Assembly: GCA_013265495.1 (NCBI GenBank)
Contig: MU060767.1
Span: forward strand, 5,133,546-5,197,545
Source of the DNA: Vicugna vicugna
Taxonomy: Eukaryota
Reading direction: 5' to 3'
Length of the DNA: 64,000 nucleotides
Of the stretch, positions 1 through 15,900 are shown piece after piece (within the stretch, counting starts at the first letter, position 1; each line of letters opens with the position of its first letter). The position numbers were made by a program, and so were the translations under genes. Below the pieces are notes generated by a model that saw only the letters and a program-made list of their open reading frames with translations, made no database searches and was not told the DNA's origin.

Positions 1-174
1 GATCCCGGGAAAGCCCTCTTTCTCAGGTTCTCAGGGCCCTATTTCTCCATAGGGAAGGGAAGGGAATGAGGCAACCCCAAGCAGCGTCCTCTGTCTTGAC
101 ATGGTGGGGGCAGGGGCTCAGCAACCCAGGGGAGGCAGACCTCCAGTGCCCTCCGGAAGAGGGGAGATACTGAC

Positions 175-5372
<5,198 letters not shown>

Positions 5373-6010
5373 CCTGCCGCCTGCCTAGCCGCCCTCCCGG
5401 CACCGCACGGCCGCCGGCTCGGCGTCGCCGCCGCCGCCGCCGCCTACCGCCGCCCCCGCGTCACGGGCACGTGGGGCCCGCTACCCCCAATCCCGACTCC
5501 GAGACCCTGCCCCGGGCGTCTGTAGTCTGGACGCCCGGTCCTCCGCTCTAAACCAGTCTCGACTCTGGAAATTCCCGAGTGCAGCCTTCCCCCAAGTCCT
5601 GCAACCTATTCTTTCAAGTCCGCTCCCCCAAACCTTCCCCGACTGGGATTCAGAGATGTGAGAGGCCACAATCCTCCAGGGGCACCAATGCGTCCCACCC
5701 GCCAGAGGTGGCAGTCAGCCGCGGGAATGCTGGGGGTCCAGGGGGCGGAGTCCAGCAGGGAGGGGCGCGGCCCCGCCACCGCGAATGCAGCGGGCAACCA
5801 GGAGCTGGCCCCGGCGCTGCCGGGAGCAGACTGCAGGCGGCAGTGCGCCGCCGCTCTCCGCGAGGCTCTCTGGAGCCTGAGACCCCCTCGGGCCCCAGCT
5901 TAGACCAGAGCTGCGCACGCGCAATGAGCCCTTTTAGAAAGCCGTGAGACAACTGTCCCTATCGTCGCCAGAAACCGCAAGGCCCAGTTCATTCCAGGCT
6001 GAGGTGGCTG

Positions 6011-6545
6011 TTCCTCTTCATCTACCGAACCGAGGGGGCACTTGGCCTCCCTTTCCCTTAAACTATAGTGAAGTCTTTTCACGTTTTCCATGAGACTCAA
6101 CGAAAGGAATGTTTCTTCTTCCCTAAACCGTGGTAACCCCAGCAAATCGATTCCCTTCAAATTAAGACGGATCCTCCCAACTTTTTCCCCAAACCTGAGG
6201 GGGCATTCGGTTTATCTGTCCCCAAACTGGGGAGGCCCATTTCCACTTTTCATTGAAGCTGAGGGGCAACCCACCCCAGTTCTTCCCCAAAACTGCAGTT
6301 AACATTTTCTACCTCCTCCTTCAAACTGAGTTATCCCATCCTTTTCCCAGAATGAGGAACACCCGCCTCTCTAACTAGAGGTAAATGATCCCACTTCTTC
6401 AAGTTAAATGTAATATGTTTTTACTTCTTGCGCCAAACTGAAAGGGACCCATCTCCCTCCTTTCCCCAAAAGAGGGAAGCCTATCCACTTCATCCACTCA
6501 AGGAATCAGGACATTCTCGTCCTAAACTAAGGGGGACCTGGCTGG
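6011..6545. repeat. Highly degenerate ~33-bp tandem array (about 16 units)
   Basis: Recurrent TTCCCCAAACTGAGGGG-like anchor at about 6027, 6060, 6125, 6159, 6191, 6224, 6256, 6289, 6323, 6349, 6373, 6401, 6435, 6468, 6500 and 6524. Confidence 0.65.
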
Positions 6546-6961
6546 CCACTATCTGAAGAAACTTAACACCCTGCCTTGCCCTAACAATCCCTCAGGAGAG
6601 CGCAGCCTAACCGCCCCTAAACACGAAGAAAGCCTCCCCGCCCTCTGCGCGTTCTCGAAGCAGGGGCGCGAGCTCGGGTTTTCCCGCCGGAGTAGCCAGT
6701 GAACTAACGGGATCACCATCACGCCCTCTGAGTGGCTGGCGGTAAGCTCAGCCACCGGTAGTGGTTACCCCCCACCCTGCGCGCGCGCGTCCGGAGACTA
6801 CTATTGGCTCCACCCCTTTCCTCGGCCCTGCCTCCGCCTGGCTCCGCCCCTCTGCTTCGGCGTCCCGTCCGGCCCCGCCCAGACAGCAGAGCTACTTGGA
6901 TAGACTCCGCGGCGGGGCCGAGACCCACCGGAGGCGCGCGGCACGAGCCAGTGGCCGAGCC

Positions 6962-9900
6962 ATGGCTGGCGGGGAAGACCGTGGGGACAGGGAGCCAGTA
7001 TCAGTGGTGACCGTGCGGGTGCAGTACCTAGAGGACACCGACCCTTTCGCATGTGCCAACTTCCCGGAGCCTCGCCGGGCCCCCACCTGCAGCTTGGACG
7101 GGGCGCTGCCCCTGGGCGTGCAGATACCCGCGCTGCACCGCCTGCTGGGGGCGCCGCTCAAGGTGAGGGGAGCCGGAGTAACGCTGAGGGCGACCGAGGG
7201 TTCAGGGTCGGCGTCATGAAAGCCTTTGAGCGCCCCTCGAGGAGAGACTGGAGCGGGTCCGCTCCTCCAGGGAAGTTTTGGGCTGGGGATCCAAGGTCCT
7301 CATTGTCCCGCTTGCGGGGGACGCCTCTCAAGTCGAGGGAAGCTGAGTAAAGGAGATGGGAGCTCGTGGTCTGCGCCACCCAGCTGTCTCTCGAAATGAG
7401 GCCCACCTGGGAAAGCGGTCGGGGTCCGCTTGCTGCCTGTCTGCTCGATTAATTGCTCTGGAAAAGTGGCGGTAGGTGTTTGAGCGGTAGCGGAGCTAGG
7501 AGGCGAAACTGGGAATAGAACAGCTTTCACCTGCTTCAGGTATGGTGGGGGCGGGACCACGAGAAGGGGCGGACCCGGGGCGGGCCACTAAAGGTGGCTG
7601 GAGGCTGGATTGGGTCCTGCCGGATTGAGGGTTTTCCCTGCAGGTGGAGGCCCGGCTTGGGAGTGCCGGCGGAGAAGAAATTTAACGGGGTGAAGGGAGT
7701 CCCCAGGAAGCGGCCAGGTTCGGAACACGCTGAGCGCAGGAGGCTGCACTGGTGGAAAAGCCCTCTGAGTCACCGCCTCACTGTCCCGTACAGCCTCCGC
7801 CGCCATCGGCCGAGGGCTGGAAGGGAGGGAGCGGGCCCGGCTAATTTTAAACCGCTGGCCTACCCTAGTTTGCCTCCTCCCCAGAGCCGATTCGTGCACA
7901 GTGCCGGGAGAGGCCCTTTTCCAGATGGCCGGCTCTTACCTCCCCTCCTGATCTCCAAGCTCAGCCCCCCGCAGGCAGTCCTTTCCGGAGCACTTGGTTT
8001 CCGGGCCAGAACTCTGAGAGGCACACTACCAATCCCTTGGGGTGCCCCGCCAGCCAGTCCGCACCAAGAAAGAGTTGATGGAGGTGCCCTCCCCTGCTCC
8101 CAAGCTTAGCTGGGTGCCGAGTTGCGCAAACTTGTCCCCCATCCCTGCTCGGGGTCTCCCCTGGAATGTGCCCCAAGCGCCGGGCCCCCGGCCTGCATTC
8201 CTAGCGCTGCGGGCCAGCCACGCCTCCCAGCGCGGGCGGGAGAGGTGGTAAGACTATTGGCCTGGGGAGTCGCACGTGTCTGAGTGGAGCCTAGGCTTCA
8301 AGGAGAAAGATTGAAGATTGCAGCATATTACCCTCTCCAGAGTTGATGCAACCCCTCCTTGCCCTGCCCTGTTCAAAAGGGCAAACTGAAGTGGACCTAG
8401 AAGAAGCATGTTCAGCTAGAGGCCACCTGGAGACAGAGGGGTGCTGAACTGAGGCCAGGTTCCTGCCTCCAGGCTCTTAAAACTCCTAGTACTGAAATAA
8501 ACCTGGAGCACTACAGAGAATATAGTTTTTCTCCCTACTGAAATAAACCTGGAGCACTACAGAGAATATAGTTTTTCTCCCTACTGAAATAAACCTGGAG
8601 CACTACAGAGAATATAGTTTTTCTCCCACCCACCACTGAGGGACAGGATTTAGCGCTAACATTCCTCTTCCCAATGAGGGGCAGGTTTGGGACGTCAGCT
8701 ACAGGAAAGGCTCAGAACTACCCCTTATCTCTCCCCCTCATGTAGAGACCCACCACCACCACCCCTCACCAGGTGCTCTGTCCTCTGTTCTCTGCTCCCT
8801 AGCTGAGGGCACTACTGAGTTCAGATATGTTAAGTCCGCCCCACCCCTCCAACTTGGTCCTTCCTGTTCTCACTTTCAGGATCTCCCACCTGGTGTACCT
8901 GAGGACTGCCATATTCCCCACAGTCAGGATATAGCGGCAGACACTGGGTTACCACTGTGCCTGGAGCCAGGACTCCCTGGGGTTGGCAGCTCTGCCAGGA
9001 ATGGTCAGATGCACTGTGTTGTGCTCATCCCAAATATAAACTATGACCACAGCCCCAGAATAGAAGCCTGGAGGAAGAAGGGCTGAGAATAGGGTAGGGG
9101 CAGGGACATCAGAGAGCTGAGGGAGGGGGAGCAGGACCCCTTCTTGTAAGAAATATCAGTAGCTGGTTCCTCCTCTAGTCCTATAAGTGGGTGCCCCAGG
9201 GGCTCAGACATGACTCAGGCCTGCCTCCACAGCCCTCTAGAGGGGCGAGGTAGCCCAGAAACCTAGGCATCCCCATCTCAGGCTGTAGAGAAGAAATAAG
9301 GAGGGGTTCTCTACTCACTGTCTCATCTTCTGCCCAGTTGTCCAGAGGGGCAACAGGACACAGCCAAGTGACCTCTGCCCTCCCACTCTGGGCGCTGACC
9401 CCCATCATCCCTGCAGACCCTGCCTGTTCCCTGGGAATGTACAGAGGCCCAGCCCACTTTCTCTCTGGGGCTCCACCCCACACACCCCATTGGGCTGGGG
9501 CTAGTCTCTAGAGTTCCCCTGGGGCTTCCTTTTTAAACGACTCAGAGCTTTCAGGTCTGAGAAGGCCTTGCTCATTTCCTCCCAGTCTAGGAGGAAGCTC
9601 CTGGCCACAGCCTCTGACTCATCTCCTGGCCCTGGGGGATGGGGGTGGGGGGTGGCATGGTTGTCCTGGCAGTGCCTTGGGCCATGTGTGGTGTCCCCAG
9701 GGGAACTCAGGAGTATCTGTCTCCTCTTTGTGCAGGAGCCTCACTCAGCCCATGGACCTGCCCCTGCCCTAGGGGAGAGCCTGGCCTTCTGGCCTTGCAT
9801 CTCACCTCTTTACCCAGAGCTGCCCAGCCCCACCTCCCTGCTATCTTTTGCCTTTCTAGGCCTGCTTCAGGAGCCTCTGCCTGGTATCCAAAGGCCCTGC

Positions 9901-12900
9901 CACATCTGGGATAGCACAGATTTCTTGCTCCCTGGGCTTTGGGCAGAGGGACCTGAGTGCTGCTCTTACCATGTTGTAAAGGCCAGAGGAACCCCCTGCT
10001 CCTAGCAGCAGAGATAGCCCTAGAAATCTATTCATTACCAGCAACTTTGTTTCCCCAGCTGTGGCTAAAGATTAGAGTGGAACAGAGGGGGCACATGTTT
10101 CATGATCTTGCCCCTCCCTACTCCAGCCTCAATTTACCCCTCAGGAGCAGATGTGGCAAAGGGGCTAAAGTGTGAACCTGACCTTCTGGGACAGGGAACA
10201 ACTGGAGGGGTTCCCAGGGGATTCTTAAGGGTAAGACTGGGTGCTCTGGTGATGAACTGAGCCCTTTTTTCTTCTGATAGAGAGGTCTCTTTGGGAGACT
10301 ATACAGGATTGTGATATGGGTATGAGTCATGGCCTCCCAGCTTTCCCTAGGGCCAACATGTCCAATTTGCTGGTCATTCTGGGCTGTAGCCTGTCAAGCA
10401 ACCCCATGACCTTGATCCTGGCAGAAGTAGGCACTGTTACCCCAGCGTGTATGATGTGTGTGTGTTCATTCGTGTTCCCTCGCTGGAACTGGGAGGACCA
10501 GTTTGGGGTATTTGCACAGTCCAGAAAGCTGAGGGGCAGTCTCCAGCCCTTGGCAACCCTACAGGCCCTAGTCCTCACTCCACCTCCCCTCCAGTGTTCC
10601 CTGGAACACTTCCAAAGGCCCAAGATCTAGGTCAGTTAGCCCTGGTTCCATTCCTAGTTGTGCAGCCTAAGGCAAATTCACTGAATTTTTAAGACTTGGT
10701 TTCCTCACCTGTAAAAGGATTATTGGGAGAATCTAAGGAACCAGGCTGCCCAGTGTGTGACACAGAGGAGGCATAACAAATGAGGGCTTCCCTCTTCAAG
10801 GCCCATTCATGTCATCTCATCCAGGAAGCCAAGCCCCAGTTGGAGACCCAAGATAAAAGGGAATGAAGGTCATCAGAGCACAGGGTCTTTCGTTTTTAGG
10901 AAAGGAGAAGAAAAAGATAATTAATAAATTATTTTCTAAAATGAGTCCATCATCATATAATTCTGCCCTCTTCTCATTTCCCCACCCCTGCCATGTTCAT
11001 TCTCACCTGAATGAAAAATATTGGGGAGTAGACACCATGGTCCCTAAGCTTGGCCCTGCATGTAAAACCATATGTAACAGGTTGGTCTTGGCCTGCCAGA
11101 AAAGCCTGAGCCCAAGGAATCAAAAGAAAAGTGGGCTGGGGCAAGGGGTAGGGGATTAAGAGGTACAAACTATTATGTATAAAATAAATAAGCTACAAGG
11201 GTATGTTGACAGCACAGGGAATATAGCCAGTATTTTATAATAACTTTAAATGGAGTGTAATCTTTAAAAATTGTGAATCACTATGTTGCATACCTGAAAC
11301 TTACATAATATTGTAAATCAACTATACCTTAATAAAAATAAATAAATAGAGAAAAGTGAGCTGTAGGCTGAAGTGAGGGGCCAAGCCTGGGAAGAATGGA
11401 GGAGAGACTCCACCCCAAGACCGACATCAGAGAAGTGAGGAAGACAAGAGCCAGGAGGGAGTCAGGGTTGTAGGCCCTGTGCTGACCCCAACCATTGTCA
11501 GCAGGCACCAGGGTTTGGGCTTAGTCCAGCCTGGCCCAGCCCCAGGGTGTGAGAAACAAGGCCCAGAGGTTTGGCTCTCAAAAGAGTGACCCCAGGAAGG
11601 GGCCAAGAGTGTGAGGGACAAGCAGCACCCAGCTGGCAGGAAGTCCCTGCTCTTTGCAGCTTGCCTGACCCTAACCCTTCCCCACCCCACCCCCATCTCC
11701 ACCCAGGACAGACAGCTGAGGGCAGGAGACACCATCCATCATCTGAAGGCTTTGGTCTGGCTGTTACCTCTGGGTGCCCTCCCCAGAAATGGGGCCCTGG
11801 CAGGATAAGACAGGTGAAGTGGCTAGGGAGGCCACTGCTACCACCATGGAGGAAAAGAGGTTTAATCTGCTCATCTGAGCAGACTAGGGGTGGTGGAGTA
11901 TTTAGTCTTCAGGACTCTGCCCCAAATAGATGCAGGCAGCCCAGGTATTCTGGAAGGAGAGGGCCATTCTTGGCTTACCTGGGATTAGAGCCTGCAAGTG
12001 TGCATGCACAAGGGGAAGAGAGCTTGCTGGGCCTGAGCTTTCTGTGGGTGTGCTTCTTGCCTGTGCCAGTAAGCATATGTGTACCTACCTGACCATATAC
12101 TTGGAAGTGTAAGTCGCTATCAGGTGTAATCTACTTACCCCTCCAGTGTTTACCTTTACAGCTCTCCACCCCTCCCCTTTCTCAGCATTTGTGCCTCTCT
12201 GTTTATTTGTGGCCTTTCTCTGAGTCAAGTCTGCCTGCCTCCACCGCTGGGTTGGAAGACAGGGAAGGCAGAGCGGTGTCTTGTTCCCTGCTCTGTCCTC
12301 AGCACCTAAAAACAGCCTGGTTCATGAATGTTTTTTGGGTTTGGGGGGTGGGTGGGAATTAGGTTGATTTATTTATTTAATGGAGATATTGGGGATGGAA
12401 CCCAGGCCCTCATGCATGCTAAGCATGTTCTCTACCACTGTGCTATACCCTCCCCCCCATGAATGTTTGAATGAATGAGCTATTCTATCTGTGTGTGACT
12501 TGGGGGATCCCTGAGGGGATTTGTGGCTCTGGGGAAGATGTGTTTCACTAGGGTCCCAGAGTCCTCCAGTCCAAGGTGGAAGGAGATGTAACTGTGCCTG
12601 GCTGGGGGCAGGGTGGGTAGGCTGCTGAGTCACCGTGTGGGAAGAGGGATCAGGAGGAATGCGGGGCTGCGCTCAGCTGAACCGGCCCTGGAAGAAGTAC
12701 CCCAGCCCTGGGGCCTTGCTGCCCCATCTCAGGGCCTGTTCCCAGTAGGCCCTGGAGAGGATGACTCTGCTCCCAGGGAGGAGAGAGAGACCAGGCCCGC
12801 CCAAGTCGCCCAGGGGAGGGCAGGCAGCCAAGCAGGAAGTGGGACAGAGAATAGGCTGGAGTGTTTGTCCTATGTCCCATGTCCCAGTGCAGGAGCCAGG

Positions 12901-15900
12901 ACGGGGGAAGGGGGAGGGGATGGTCACCCAAGGGCCTTACAGGCTGAACTGCCAAGAAGGAGCCGGGTCAGGCTCTCAGGCATGAGCAGGGGTACTAAGC
13001 AGAAGCAGGGTAGGGGCAGGAACTGGACTCCCTTCATCCCAGGGGACCAAGGGCAGCTGGAAGCCCTTGGGCTGGTTCCAGAGCAGGGCAGGGCTGACAG
13101 AACAGCAGGACAAATGTTGGAGTTGACTTTCCCAGTAAGATGGAGACCAGAAGACACACTGCCTCTCCAGACATGGGCTCTCCCTGGGCCTCTCAAGGAA
13201 TGGGACCACTCAAGTCAAGGGAACTTTGCTGAGCCCTGCATGTGCACTGTGCTATGGAGGAGGTGTCAGGGAGAGGCACGGTGCTGCCCTTAGACTGTCC
13301 TAAGTCACCTTACCAGGCTTCTCCACAGGCACTTCTCAAGCAGCCAAGTGTTGTGTTGGTGGTGGTGGGAAGCCAGGCTCAGTGGGGAGGTGACATGTAA
13401 AGTGGACTCATGGATGGAGTGTGTGCCTCCTTGTTACAATGCAGGTTTCAGGGACTGTAGGCTGACTGAGTCAGACTAAAATCTGGTGTTTAATAGGCCC
13501 CTTGGAGGCCTCTGAGGTCCACCTAGGACCACGGTAACTGTAGCCCACTTGGGGGTAGGGCAAAGACCCTCAGGCCTGAAGGGACTGGGAACCTGTTGAT
13601 TAGCCCCTCCTTCTCACCCTCTTAACTCAGGAGGACACACATCCCCCTCTCAGCTGGATTTGCTCCTCCCAGCTTCTTAACACTTTCTCCCTGGACTTGG
13701 TTGCTTTGTGGCTGCAACTTACCACCCCACAAGTCTGTGAATTTCCTCGAATGCAGGAACTTCCTCCCATCTTCTCTCCATTCCCTTTCCTCATTCATGT
13801 TCATTAGCTCAACAACCATTCAGGGAGAACTTACTGTGTGCCGAGTGCTATAATAGACTCTGTGGATATAGCTTGGGCAAGCAGACATGGTGCCTGAACC
13901 CAGAAGACACATGGTTGGTGGGGAAGGAGACTCATGTCTAGGATGTGATAACGCTGTGTCAAAGGCCTCTGATAGGGGTACGCACACAGGCTGGAGTGGA
14001 TTGCTTAGCATTGCCTGGAGGAGTCCAGGAAGGCTTTCAAAAAAAAGCATTGTCTAATCTGAAACCTAAAGAGTGAGTAGGTGTTAGCCAGGAGAAAGCC
14101 CTATGAGCTCCATGGGCCTTGCACATAGTAGGCCCTTGAGAACTGATTGCTAAAGAAATGCATTGCTGCAGTGCAGGCCCTTGTGTGTGTCTCTGTGCCA
14201 GCACCCTGAGTGGGAGGTAGGAGGTTATGGGGTCTCCAAGCATACTCCTGCCACCTCTTCTCCAGCCCTGACAGCTGTTCCCTTTGCCCCCAGCTAGAGG
14301 ACTGTGCCCTGCAAGTGTCTCCATCTGGATACTACCTGGACCCTGAGCTGTCCCTGGAAGAGCAGCGGGAGATGCTGGAGGGCTTCTTTGAAGAGATCAG
14401 GTCAGAGCTGATAGGGCCAGGAAGGCAAGGCTGGCTCCCACTCTTGCCCCAGTGTTGGAGGGGCTGGCTCAGGTGTTATCAGCCAAGACACCTGATCTCT
14501 AACCAGGGCTGTGGGTCACCTCCTGCTGCCCCAGGGAACTGTGCCAGGGGAATCCCAAGGCCTGACCACTGTTACCTGCTGCCTGGGATGGGAGTGGGGG
14601 CTCTCCCACATACCTGAGATGCCTGTGTTTGCACAAGCCCTCCCTGGACAACTCTTGGGCTTGGAGAAACAGTTGGAGAGGAAGGAACTGAGCCAGGGTT
14701 GGCATGTGGGGAGGTCTTTGGCTGCCTTGGCTGGAGGGGAGGGACCCTAAGGAGTGGACTGGGAGCTGCTGACTGGGTTACTTGATTCTAGCAAAGGGCG
14801 GAAGCCTACTCTGATCTTGCGGACCCAGCTCTCCGTGAGGGTCAATGCCATCTTGGGTGAGTGTGTGAGGACATCACTGTCTGTCAACACTTCCCCCATA
14901 TACACTGCCCCAGTTGGTGCAGTTTCTTTCAGGCCTGTTCTGGGCAGTCGACAGGACAGATAGGAGACAGGATGTGTGACCCCTCTCATTCCTATCCTGA
15001 CCTCTCCTTCCAGGGCTGAGGCTGATGCTGCTGCTAGACTGTGGTGGGGTTGCCCAGAGTCAGGGAGTGGAGGAGGAGGTGGGGGTTCAAAAGTACTAGC
15101 ACACTAGCATATTCTTTGGTGGAGGGCTGTATCTGTGTCTCCTTGAGGTTTCCATACCCACCTACTCCTTGCAGAGAAGTTGTATGGCTCCAGTGGCCCT
15201 GAGCTCCGCCGCTCCCTCTTCTCACTAAAGCAGATCTTCCAGGTAAGGCCCGGAGGTGGGCTGGGGGTGGGCATCCAGGCTGAGCCCCTCTAAACTCCTG
15301 CATGGTGCCCTCAGGAGGACAAGGACTTGGTGCCTGAGTTTGTGCATTCGGAGGGGCTGAGCTGCCTAATCCGTGTGGGTGCAGCTGCCGACCACAACTA
15401 TCAGAGCTACATTCTCCGAGGTCAGCCCCATCCCTTCCCCATGACCCCTGCCTTCAGCAATCCTTTACTGACCTCTTCTTGTCGCTGTATCCCCAGCACT
15501 AGGCCAGCTAATGCTTTTTGTGGATGGGATGCTGGGTGTGGTGGCCCACAGTGAGACCGTGCAGTGGCTGTACACACTGTGTGCCAGCCTGGTAAGTGGC
15601 CCTCCACTCAGCCATGCACCCTTTCCCACTGCCTCTTTCTGGGCCTCAGTTTCCTCTTCTGCAACGTGGGCTAGAATGGAGTAAGTCTGTGGCCCCTCTA
15701 AGTGTGGAAGGCACTTCAACACCTGGGCCTAGAGCCAGGTCCTTCTGCCTAGACTCTCAACCCTGGTCCAGCCCCAGGAGCCCTTCCCCCTCCCCATCAG
15801 GAGCTAGCACAGATCTGGCCCAAGCCCCGCTCATATGTGGTGACCCCTCTCTCAGTCCCGCTTGGTGGTGAAGACAGCCCTGAAGCTGCTGCTGGTGTTT

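Noticed and set aside
8490-8627. 3 x 46-bp repeat as a CRISPR array
   Set aside because: Units are directly adjacent with no spacers, there are no cas genes, and the context is a mammalian intron.
12400-12455. tRNA genes suggested by A/B boxes (also about 29000, 47660 and 61370)
   Set aside because: No complete cloverleaf; A-rich tails and TSDs identify them as SINEs.
12613-13293. 226-aa ORF (and 173-aa ORF at 11571-12092) in FHOD1 intron 1
   Set aside because: Non-ATG starts, G/P/R-rich low-information composition expected in GC-rich DNA, and no recognisable domain or splice framework.
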